From Parasitella parasitica NRRL 2501 (Eukaryota; Fungi; Mucoromycota), in assembly GCA_025201805.1 (NCBI GenBank), contig MU619271.1, forward strand, positions 166,167-230,166: DNA of 64,000 nt, given 5' to 3'. Shown one piece after another: positions 36,379 through 47,452 of the stretch (the first letter of the stretch is position 1; every line of letters begins with the position of its first letter). The notes beneath the pieces are model-generated. The model did not search any database. It was not told the origin of the DNA and saw only the letters and a list, made by a program, of their open reading frames with translations. A program made the position numbers and the translations under genes.

Positions 36379-37023
36379 ATAAAATAAAATAAATAAAAAT
36401 TGAAATAATAAAAAAACGAAAAAAAAATAGAAAGAGATAAAAAAAAAAAAATTAATTTAAATTGAATTAATGAGTTGTTTTATGTGTGATGAATTAAGGT
36501 TTGTTACTTTTCCGTGAGCAAAGTTTTCCAGGAATATCAAACATTATCTCATGATTTTGTATATAGAAAACCCTATTCTCATATCGCCAGTCTCTCTATA
36601 TAGTAATCAGCTCTAACTAGTATTAGATTATTTTGGCAGAGGCCCCATTAAATGTTTTTAAATTTTACACCATGTGATGTAACAACGAGAAACCATCTCT
36701 TTCCTTTTTTTTGCTGCATTATTGTACCACATTTCCACTTGATTTAGTTAAGCGGTTGGGACTTTGATGCTGTAAAATGTTTCTCTTTCTTAAACGCATA
36801 AAAAGGAGTCATGGTTTAAATCCAATGCACCCTAATCAAAATTGAAGGGAGATGAATGGATGTACAAGAAATTTTTAGACACAACATAGTATATTAAAGG
36901 AAACATACGATGAAAATGCATGAACCACACTGCCTTGTCATGAACAATAACGATTAAAAAGGGGGGGTGGTGGTTTCATTGATAATGTCATTATGATTGA
37001 TTAAAAGAAAAACGTGTTAATAT

Positions 37024-37631
37024 TTATAGGTATAAAGCCAATGCAACGACTATCATGGTAACCATGGCAACAAATTGACTAAGAGGAGCAACGCGGTTAC
37101 CGAATGACGAGTTGACCGATTGACTTGCAGAGGGGGATGTCGTAGATCCTGTAGTTGTTGGTGCAACCCAAGTTGCTGATGCTTGACTGGGAACAAGGGA
37201 AGCAGAGGATATGGGTGCTACTGAAGGCGTAGGAACTGCTGCACAGATACCAGCTGCAACTCTTGCCTGTTCATTTGCGTCGACACTGTACTCTGGACAG
37301 AGATCAAAACATTGACGAATTAATTTCTGCGTTTCAAAATGTGAGTTTACAACAGTAATATAAATCAGTGTTTGTTCGACGCTTTTACCTGTGCATTACA
37401 TTGGCAAGCATAATCAACCGGTCCGCAACTTTGAAGCAGGCTTTGCTCGATTGATTTACAGGCTTGGAAACTAGATGAGTGAGTCAGTACCGTATATGTC
37501 TTGAGAAAAACAGTCATTTTGAAAACCTACTTTGCTTCTGCTGCGCAGCCAATAATTGCTGTAACTGACATGGCACCAAATTGAATTGCCAGAAAAAGCG
37601 CCACAGCCCAAGACATTTGTTGCTTGCCCAT
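37024..37631 (-). CDS. Small secreted, probably GPI-anchored 8-Cys (CFEM-like) Ser/Thr-rich protein, 3 exons; missed by the ORF track
   Basis: Spliced: signal-like MSWAVALFLAIQFGAMSVTA; GCAAEANFQACKSIEQSLLQSCGPVDYACQCNAQKLIRQCFDLCPEY..GICAA; S/T/P-rich stalk; NSSFG plus hydrophobic tail FVAMVTMIVVALALYL*. Confidence 0.88.
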
Positions 37632-38133
37632 TTTTTAAAAAGAGAAAAAAAAAAAAAATTGATGAATGCTCCAAAAAAAAACAAAAACAAAAAAGAAACA
37701 AGAAAAAAGTTGATCGTTTTTATCCTGTTACGTTGTATAAAACCCCTCCCCTCCTTCTACTCCTCCTTGTCCTTCTATTTCTCCCTGATTTCCTCTCTGC
37801 ATGTTTGCAAATCAAACTTTTGCATGCATGATGTCTGTTGTACTCTTACATGAACATGAAGACTATATAGGCCCCTTTATTACCTATACAGTTGATGCTT
37901 CTCTCAATCCGCTGACAGCAATCTTACATTTGCGTTTAGGAGATATTGATTCTTTCTAATGAGTTACCGGAACATACATTGGCTTCATAACAATTCAAAA
38001 GAAAGACAAAAGAACATATAAACTTTTTCTGTAACATCGATAATGGCAATATATATATACATATATAATATTTATTGTACTTGGGTGTAATATATATTAT
38101 ATAACAACAACAAGGTTTTAAAAGAATTTTCAT

Positions 38134-38443
38134 TTAATCCAGCAAATCATCAAAGAACACCCCACAGGTCTTCTTGGTAACATACATCCATATTACCCGG
38201 TATATTAATCTATCAAAGTAAGTAGAGCTACTGTTTTTTTTTTTTTTTCATTATAACGAGTAGCGAGCTGACTCACGCAACACAGTGCAGATGAAAGACA
38301 TTGCTATTTATTGAATTTAATAAGAATCGGATGGCTCTGTTGGATAGGCAAATTTTGATGGATGACCTTCCCCTTCCGCAGGAACTACATATAACATAGT
38401 TTCTAGCAGTTGGCTGATATTCAATAATATTGATTCTGTTCAT
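38134..38443 (-). CDS. Candidate PARP-type zinc-finger coding exons (38443-38277 plus a terminal exon ending 38134); further exons may extend to about 39330
   Basis: MNRINIIEYQPTARNYVICSSC-x28-HLHC, then a GTGAGT donor spliced in phase to LIYRVIWMYVTKKTCGVFFDDLLD*; upstream exon-like blocks could not be joined cleanly. Confidence 0.45.
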
Positions 38444-39446
38444 AACGCAAATCTGGACAAGTCTCTCCTTAGACCCACTCTTTTACATGAAGCATTCAAT
38501 TCTTTGTAATCTCTCATCGACCTTTTGAATACTAGTAACCTTTTTTTTTTTTTTACCTGTTATTTTAGAAAGAAAAAAAAAATTGTTTTCTTATGGATAC
38601 TGGATGCAACTTCACCAGAATTAGCTCCCCTTTTAAATATGAACATTTGTAATAAAATCGGTACAATTAATTGGCACAAAATAAGAGTATAGTTGAACGA
38701 AAAGGACAAACTAAACAAGAACTACAGGTTGAATATGGTTTATTCAAAAATGGAGTTTTGGTTTATTTTGATAATGCCGTGTCAGCTCAATTGTTCAGGC
38801 TTCATTTGTGTCCGTTTTATTGGGATATCTCGTGAGACGATTGAGCTCTTGGCGAAACGTAGATAGATTCGACCAACGAACGATTATGCCAACAGACAAT
38901 CATACTTTGCAGGGGGGGGGGGGAAGGTTTTAATGCCTTGCTTTGATAATTTATTCTGGCATACACGAACACCTCAACGCCATCCATCTTTAGGCCTTTT
39001 ATGGACCTTTTAAATCGAGCTTGGTAGTTGCTAATATTTTGAGCTAAACACTATAAGAATAACGTCAAAACAGAGTATCAGGTTATTCTCTTTTTTTTTT
39101 TTGTCAGTGTGTTTACAGCAAATATACCTCTATCATCAGGCCTCATGACAAAGACAATCTTTTGCCCAGTCCAAAGACCTGAAGTCGATGCGTTTCCTTG
39201 ATATCTGAGTCTTTAAATAATCTGAAATATACTGATGCAGGTTGATGTAAATTTTAGTGTGAAGCCTCACTCTGCTTGTATCTTCAATACTCTCATGAGA
39301 TTTACTGTCAAAAAATATTGCAGTTCCATCTTATTTAGACATCAAAAGAAGCATTAAAACAGGATTTATTCTGTTTGTTTTATTTTCATGGGAATGCTTT
39401 GTATTAGTAAAACTTTAGATACTTTGAGTTTTTAAAGAATTGTTTA

Positions 39447-41471
39447 CTAAACCAAAGAATTTTTAGCATGATCCCAATAAAGAGGTACACTAGAGTTCAA
39501 TATTTGAGCCAAGTTCTTTGCCATTTGCATGACTGTACGGGTATTTTCATCAGGGCTAGCCAAAAAATCGCGCAGAGACCAAGAGGGAGCCTGGCCAATC
39601 TTCAAATCCAAATTCTCTGCAAAGCGATCCACCCAAGCCTCCTTGTACAAAGATACCTTTAACAATGAACGATGTGGCTCAACCAAGCTTAAATCGACAG
39701 GCAATTCAAAATCAGTACGTTCAACACGGTCCATATCCCAAATGTCATCCTGGCAGACTTCGATTATAAACCCTTTATAGCTGTATAGCCATTTGGTTTT
39801 TTGAGTGATCAATTTGGGATTATAATCGTTTGAGGTGACCATGACCAGACGATTGTTGTTACTGATTCGAAGTCCACGACTGAACTTTTCGTGCGGGGAA
39901 TTTACATCATCGTTAGGAAGACGGCGAGCGTACTGCAGCTTGAGATCCCAAGAGTAGTTACTTTCAATGTTTGTCACATTAATATCGACTAAATCGGTAC
40001 AGTCTGTCATGGTGCTCCACAATCGACGTTGGCCACTATCCGTAAACGAAATCTGTAAAACGGTATCCCACATTTCGCCTCTGGGAAAGTCCCTTTGACC
40101 AGGTATACGAGGAGGAGCGGCAAATGGATACTGTTTAGCGCTGATTGCAAATGAAGTTCGAGGGTTGTCTGAAAATTCCACAGCATCTGGATCAGTGGAT
40201 AAAAATTCAAACAGCCCGCTTAAGCCTTGAAACGACTTGCTGATGCAGGGTGCTAATTCAGACAAAAATCCGTTTTTACGAAATAGACGGTCGCTGACAT
40301 ATTCAACCGATAAGAATTCCGTCTTCATTTTGGGATACTGGACAAGACAAATCTGACCAAAGCGAATCTTCATGCGGATGACCCAATCATTCAAACGCAG
40401 ACTCTCCAGACCGGCGGCAAGCTGCTGTTCGATTATACTTTCATTTCTCGAGTTCAATGTCTTTACTGTGTCTGATAATGGCTCGACAGGATGTTCATCA
40501 GTAAATCCGATGAGGTCAACTCTGTTTGGAACACCCGTATCAACAGATTGAAGCATGCTATTTCTCTCCAACAGAATTCTCTCTTCTTCGGGATCCGCGT
40601 ATTTATACGTGACAAACCCCTTGGGCAAGCTTCTGTATGCAAGTAATAGCTGCGTCGTGGGCTGTTCCATCAGCCTCAGGGTACCACCCATGGGCTTTCG
40701 CGAACAGCGTAGATACCAATTTCGAACACGCATAGAAGCATCCTTGACATGTTCTTCATTGTCCCCGGCAAGACGAATCAGATTGCCTTGCTCTTCATAC
40801 CACAGGAAAGTCTTGCAGTCTGCTCGAATTTGATTAAAGTAGGATTCGTTTTCGCCAGAGAAACGCAACAAGGGGATTGAGTTATCCGGCAGTGGGAATA
40901 CAGCGTGGTAGCTTTGAGTCACTGCTGGCAACCCGTGATATCGTTTTTCTTCGTCAATTTTAGCTTGTTTGCGTTCTGCACGTCGTCGCTCTCGTTCTGT
41001 CAACTCTCGCTCTGGTTTCCCCCATTTTTTCGTCTTTCGTTGCGAGCGTTCGTCCTTTTCAAAAAGATTCTGGACAATGTCGTCGAGATAGCGTTTGGTT
41101 TTGGCAATGGCTTCTGCGTCACCCCATATGTCGACTTGGTTGTAGTCTTCGTTGTACTCGATAAAGGAGCCTGTGTGCTGCTGAATTGTGTTTATGCGCG
41201 CTTTATTACGAGAGCCGAGGACGTCTCGCAGGTTTGCGTGTGCTGGTAAGACCCAGTGGTCGTCTGCGTTGCGGTGGCCTGCGCCAGAAGTTACAGTGGG
41301 ATCGGCAAATGCCCGTGTTGGTCTTGCTGAGCTGTGGGTTTGTGATGTGGAGGAGACGTCAATGTCAACAAGATTGGGATTGTTGATCGTTGGGTCTCTC
41401 CAATTGTTATTTTCCTCATCAGACGATCCTTCATCATCCAAGTTATAAGGGACTTCTGGCTCAATAGACAT
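39447..41471 (-). CDS. Uncharacterised protein with two degenerate KH-like domains and a large C-terminal alpha/beta domain, intronless
   Basis: LRDVLGSRNKARINTIQQHTGSFIEY..QVDIWGDAEAIAKTKRYL and LLRFSGENESYFNQIRADCKTFLWY..LIRLAGDNEEHVKDA fit the KH layout; start MSIEPEV at 41471. Confidence 0.75.
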   Translation of the reverse strand: MSIEPEVPYNLDDEGSSDEENNNWRDPTINNPNLVDIDVSSTSQTHSSARPTRAFADPTVTSGAGHRNADDHWVLPAHANLRDVLGSRNKARINTIQQHTGSFIEYNEDYNQVDIWGDAEAIAKTKRYLDDIVQNLFEKDERSQRKTKKWGKPERELTERERRRAERKQAKIDEEKRYHGLPAVTQSYHAVFPLPDNSIPLLRFSGENESYFNQIRADCKTFLWYEEQGNLIRLAGDNEEHVKDASMRVRNWYLRCSRKPMGGTLRLMEQPTTQLLLAYRSLPKGFVTYKYADPEEERILLERNSMLQSVDTGVPNRVDLIGFTDEHPVEPLSDTVKTLNSRNESIIEQQLAAGLESLRLNDWVIRMKIRFGQICLVQYPKMKTEFLSVEYVSDRLFRKNGFLSELAPCISKSFQGLSGLFEFLSTDPDAVEFSDNPRTSFAISAKQYPFAAPPRIPGQRDFPRGEMWDTVLQISFTDSGQRRLWSTMTDCTDLVDINVTNIESNYSWDLKLQYARRLPNDDVNSPHEKFSRGLRISNNNRLVMVTSNDYNPKLITQKTKWLYSYKGFIIEVCQDDIWDMDRVERTDFELPVDLSLVEPHRSLLKVSLYKEAWVDRFAENLDLKIGQAPSWSLRDFLASPDENTRTVMQMAKNLAQILNSSVPLYWDHAKNSLV

Positions 41472-41982
41472 TGTAGAACAAATATATAAAGAAGGGAAAA
41501 AAAAAAAAAAAAAAAAAAAAATGAGGCAAGAGGCACGCAAAATTTATTCGTTTCCGGAAGACTTGATGGCAAGTCGACAAATGGTAGCCGCCACAACATG
41601 GAGCTTGGTCAACCTTTGTGCCTGATAAAGTGGCTGGCTACAAGTGCTATACCGTACATAGAGTAGTCAACAGGCGTCATAAGCAAGGCACTACTGCACA
41701 CAGCCGTTGATGGACTATCGATTCATTAAAATCACGGGTTGAATGTCCTTGCAGAAAATGCATTGCTCTCACTTGACACTACAAAGCTGCTAGGCTCTAC
41801 CGTATAAATAACGCCTGCCGAATTCTGAAGACGGCTTGTGTCCACTGCAGTGCTCTGGGTGTCAATGAGCATCTTCACCATCAACACACGAGCATCTTCT
41901 CATGTAAAACTGAAAGAACACTTTTTTTTTTTTAGTCACGGCGCTGGGGAAGAGGGGGGGGGGCTTAGCTTCACAGTTGAGC

Positions 41983-43823
41983 ATGCCATTTCCATCGATT
42001 CAAACTGCCCTTGAGCAAACGCGTACATTTACTTTATCTTGGATGAACTTTTTATACACTACACCAGACGAAAAATTTGGAACTGTTGCCGAGTGCAGCG
42101 GTACTCTAGGTAAGCCGGGTATTTGAAATATCAAATGCCATGAACTCATGCCATCGTCTAGTACATGTTGATAATGAAAGTAGCCCTGCGTTGCAGGCAC
42201 TTGCGGATAACAGCGTAAATTTATTCACAACTAAGCACTGTAAAAGACATTTCTTAACCGGTTGAAATAGGCATTCCTATACCCTTCAATTAAATTTGGC
42301 AATTTGACACACTCGCAAGCTGATTTCACAAACACCCCAGCCGCAACAGAATGCTATTATGCGTCTTGCTATCAAGAGTTGAAAAATAGATGCTTGAAGC
42401 AAGTGGAAGAAAGGTACACTTTTGCCTATTCCGTATATGGCGTGTATATCAACGCTTGTTTTATCTTTAGATGTCTAGCTATCGAAGCTACTCCAGCCTA
42501 TAAATATGGCAAGCAGCTATACGACGTTCTGTACAGCAAGCTTCCCAGGGCTTCCGATGCACTCTTACAGCACGATCTTTTTCAAGCAAAGCAAGAAGCA
42601 GGTCTCTTTAAATGTGTCGCTTGGCATCCACACAAAGAGATCCTAGCTGTTGCGCATCAGGACGACCAAGTGTACCTTTACGAAAAGAAAGACAGCATGT
42701 GGACTTGCTTGGTTTTGTCACATTCGAAAATGACGCAGATTACCTGTTTAGAATGGAAATCAAAAGCGTGCGGCACATTGGCCGTGGCATGTAAAGATGG
42801 TGTTTGTGTTTGGACATTGGAACAGACAATTGCAGAGAAACAACCCAGATATCACCCGTCGGCTTCAATGAGATATTTGACATATCCTGGGCAAGAGTAC
42901 ATCAGCTCTTTGGCTTGGGATCCTACGCCAGGAAGCCATCTATTAGCTGTGGTTTCAGCCTTTTCCAATACACTAGTCATTCATGATCTATTGTTAAACA
43001 GGACAATCCCTCTGAAGCGATATGGTAGCGGCAATATTCTTTTGCGTTGGAGTCCGAACGGCGTATGGCTATTTGAAGGCGGATCGTAAGTTACCTCTCA
43101 CCAACATCTAGCGTATATCGTCTAATCTTATCAATGCAAAGTGCTGGCACTTCACGCATGTGGGATACTAGGAACTGGACATCCAAGAAAATACAGAACC
43201 CTGCTGGATTATGGATCCAAGCTGCGTGCTGGTCACCAGATAACCGAACGTTGATTTACTCAATGTGCGGTAAAAGTGATATACACGCACTATTTTTATC
43301 TGGAGACTTGGTCAAATCTGATCTTGTCAATGTCAAGATATTCTCGACTTCTTTGACTACAGTAACAACGGAATCTGGCGCCCAAGCAGAGGTCGGTGGT
43401 GTGATCCGTGATATCTCTATTGACAGAAGAAATGGCCAAAGACTGGCGATCATATTCGAGAATTCAAATTTAATAGCTTTGTACTCTGTTAAACAGGTAT
43501 CCCCTCTCAATTTGATCGAAGAGCCGATGCTGTTTCCAATGTAGGTGTATGCGAAAAGCAGAGTGTGTTGCGAATGCTTTTTTTTTTTTTTTTTTTAACA
43601 TTTCCACATTAGTGGCTACATGCGTGGGTGCTCTACGTCTTGTAGCGAAGGCAACTCGTTACAGATATCAGCTTTAAAAGGAGACACCAAGCCTTTGGGT
43701 CTCTCGTTCTCTTTCACATTCAAAGACGGAGCGCTGCTGGCTATTACTTGGGACACTGGTTTGATTACATTTGTTACACATACATTCTTGACTGATGAAG
43801 AGATCAGAAAGCGCATTATGTGA
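41983..43823 (+). CDS. AAAS: ALADIN (AAAS) WD40 nucleoporin homolog, about 6 exons; start at 41983 or 42043
   Basis: N-terminal PDEKFGTVAEC; VAWHPH..LAVA; ITCLEWK...TLAVACKDGVCVW; LLRWSPNG; IQAACWSPD; VGGVI..GQRLAIIF; C-terminal F.FTFKDGALLAITWDTG matches the ALADIN F.P.F..GALL.V.WS.G motif. Confidence 0.85.
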
Positions 43824-43931
43824 TCACTACTACTTTCACACTTTGAATTGGCGAATAAAAAAAAAAAAAAAGATTTACACTTGATAAAAAAAACTCTGCT
43901 GCTTTCTGTTGTCTTTATCTCTATTTGCAAT

Positions 43932-45745
43932 ATGAGTGAAGGGTAAGCTCTCCAAGCTGAGACGACCAGGTGATTATTAACATGAGTGCGAATAGACTAA
44001 GTCAAGATGATTTCAGAAGATTAATGGCAACGCCGCGTCGTCCTAACAACGAAGACACACAATTCAAAGCACCCGCTCCTAAACCACCGTAAGAAAACCA
44101 CCAACAAAGAAACGCACATCTTGTTGAAGCGATTTTTATTTTTAGGAAAAACACAAGCGCTATCTTTGCTCAACCACGTTCGATGAGAAAGAAAAACTAT
44201 AAAAAGGGCTCCAACAAGGAAGAAGAAAAGCAAGAAGAAAAAGAACAATCAAAGTATCGCGACAGAGCTGCCGAGAGACGCAAACAAGGCGACTCTACAA
44301 ACTCTGACGACCAGCCTACAACAGAAGAGCTTTTACAACGAACGCAAGCAGAGGCAGGCGAAGAATTAGACTCTAAACAGCTCTACGAACAGTCAAAGTA
44401 TCTAGGCGGGGATGTGGACCACACACACCTTGTCAAAGGTCTTGACTTTGCATTACTAAGAAAAGTAAGGGCAGATCTAAGCATGAAGCAACAGAGACAT
44501 GCTAGTGAACAAGAAGACGAGGGAGAAGTCAAAGACAAAGCAGAGAGTAAACAGCACCCACAAGACATGGATGTCGATGATGATCTGGATCAGATACTGG
44601 AACGATTCGAGCGAGGGGAAAACATTGCCGATGACACTGCAAATGCTGCTAGCGACAATCCGTGCATAGAGAGCAGCCCCAAATTTCACACATTGATGGC
44701 CAAAAACATATATCAATACATCCAGCATCAAACAAACCCCGAAGAACAGCCCCACGTTGAATTGTTTGGGCCAGGAAGAATGGCATTCGTATTTGAATTG
44801 GCAGACGAAGTGGGGCATTATTCAGACGCTTTTGCTATCCCTACTTCGATGATCAGAAGTAAAGCGGACGTTACTTCCAAATTGTCAAGGTCGGGCTGGT
44901 CTGACGAGTCTCAGGCCGAATCAAGTCTGGTGATCGACAAGATTTCTCAAGTAATGAATCGACTTCAATATGGCGCACCTGTAGACCGTATTAAAAAGCT
45001 TGACAATACCACAAAAATATTAAAGGAGCCTGTTTCTATGGTCGATGACGGATTCATGGGTGATATTTTCGCTGACGCTGGTCGTGATTACGAGTTGGAT
45101 GAGAGTTCTATAGCAGCAAACACTAATGAAACAAGGGGCAGTTACTTCAAGGACCTTGTAGATAAAGACGAGGACGAAGAAGAAGAAGAAAAGGAGGGCC
45201 AAGAAATGACTGAGGCTAGCAACGTTGCAGTGCACGCATTACTATCGCAAGCAACAGGTATAACCGACTCTGAACAAAAGCAAAACGAAAGTAATCAAGA
45301 GGCTACAAATAAAAGGAAATACAACCATGTTGAAATGGATGCTGATGCAGCTGATATTGACATGTTTGGACTGAGCTCAAGTGCTTTACCAACATCATTC
45401 GAGGAGCATACAGCAACATGTCAATCCGATGACGATGACGATGGTGACGTAAATCCAAAGCAAAAAGATAGATCAGCTACGCAAATGATGGATCAAGGCA
45501 CAAACAAGAATAAGAAAGCTCAATTGACAAGGTGGGATTTTGACACAGAGGACGAATGGCAAAATTATAAAGACAGCATTGAAATCCACCCCAAAAGCGC
45601 ATATCAGTATGGCATTAAATTGGGCGATGGCAGGAAGCGCCATAAAGAAAGAAAGGGGATGAGCGACAAGCAGCGATTAGATCGAGATTTCCAACAAGTG
45701 AAAAACATCATGTCAAAAAAATACGGCAAATCGTTAGATTCCTGA
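43932..45745 (+). CDS. IK: Spliceosomal protein RED (IK/Smu2), 3 exons
   Basis: MSEG|LSQDDFRRLMATP; KYRDRAAERR; SKYLGGDVDHTHLVKGLDFALLRKVR (RED_N); LTRWDFDTEDEW..PKSAYQYGIKLGDGRK (RED_C). Confidence 0.93.
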
Positions 45746-45789
45746 GCTGTATATATGTATATATTTACAAAATAAAAAATTCATAAAGA

Positions 45790-47303
45790 TTAACGTGGAG
45801 TGCTGTGCTTTTTTTTGGATGGTTTTAGCATCCAGGGGTGCTTTAATGCCTCATCAGGTTTAAGACGCTGTTCAGGATCCCAGTGAAGACACTTGTTTAT
45901 AAAATCGACAAAGTTTTCATCCATTGTTTTGAGAGCGTATTCCAACGTCTTTGTGCCTGGCTTTCTTTTTCTGCCTTTAGAGTTTGGCTGTATACGTGGA
46001 TTGCCTTGAGAATCTAGCGATGCAGTAAATTTCAATATCTTTGCATAACCAATTAAAAGCGTTGTTAATTCCTACCAAAAAATAACTTTCTGCGAGTACT
46101 CTTTTCTATAATGTATGGCTCAGGGACATTTTGAATCTCCATTATACAAGCCAATTGCTCCTGTTCATTTTCACCTGGAAACAGAGGGTAGCCTGTATGT
46201 AATTCGGCTAGAATACAACCCACACTCCACATGTCAATCGCCATACTATAGCTCATGCCCATAATTACTTCGGGTGAGCGATAGAATCGACTTTGAATGT
46301 AAGTGTAAACTTTTTCGCTTTCTAAACAAGAGCTGCCAAAATCGATTACTTTGATAGTGCTTTTCGTTGGATGTTTCAGCAAGATATTCTACAGAATCGT
46401 GAGCAAAATATAATATCGATATAGGTGTTTTCAGCAAATACCTCTGGTTTCAAATCGCAATGGATCAACTTGTGCTTTTGTAAAAGCGTAAGTGAGTTCA
46501 GCAATTGCATAGCAAATCTCCTGATTAAACCCATACTGAAACCCTGGAACCCATTGCTTTTGATAAATTCGTACAGGTTGATGGAAAGACATTCAAATGC
46601 AATACACAAATGATTTCTAAACATGAAATGGCCTGTCATCCTGACATTATTATGCTTATCCTCTGAATCCCATGCAATCAAATCTTCTAATATCTTGACT
46701 TCTACAAGCGCCTGCGCATGAAATCGTTTCTTGTTTCGAATAATTTTAACTGCCACAGTCTGCCCTGAACGGTGATCAAAGCATTTCAAGACTTGTCCAA
46801 ATGACCCTTTGCCCATTATCTCCAACACCTCATATCGATAATCCAAATGGTCTCGTATCTGAATTAAATAATCGCCACGTTCATCGTCATAACCATAATT
46901 ACAGTAACCATGGCTTGGACTAGCAGGTCGCTTCTTTGCATGGTGTCCAACAAAGTAGATGTTTGCATAGTTTTGCATTTCTTGCCTTTCAAATGATGTC
47001 AGATTGAATTGATACAACTTTAGTGCTGCTTCGGGCGACATGGCAACGCGCATCATTACTTTCGGATGCTCAACCAGTAGCTTTGTAGCGGGATCGTCAC
47101 TGCTACTTGATATTGACGTCTTTGTACCTCTTCCTCGTAGCACAATTTCAGACGTGTGTCCTTCAACCGACTTGAGCGTGGCTTTTTCTCTTTCCATCTG
47201 TGTTGTCCATGATTTACTTTCATCGACGAGTCCTTGTAATCTTTCTTGCAATGTAGAAACTTTTCTTCTTGAAGTAGACACTGTTTGATAATTGAATCTT
47301 TAG

Positions 47304-47357
<54 letters not shown>

Positions 47358-47367
47358 NNNNNNNNNN

Positions 47368-47452
<85 letters not shown>

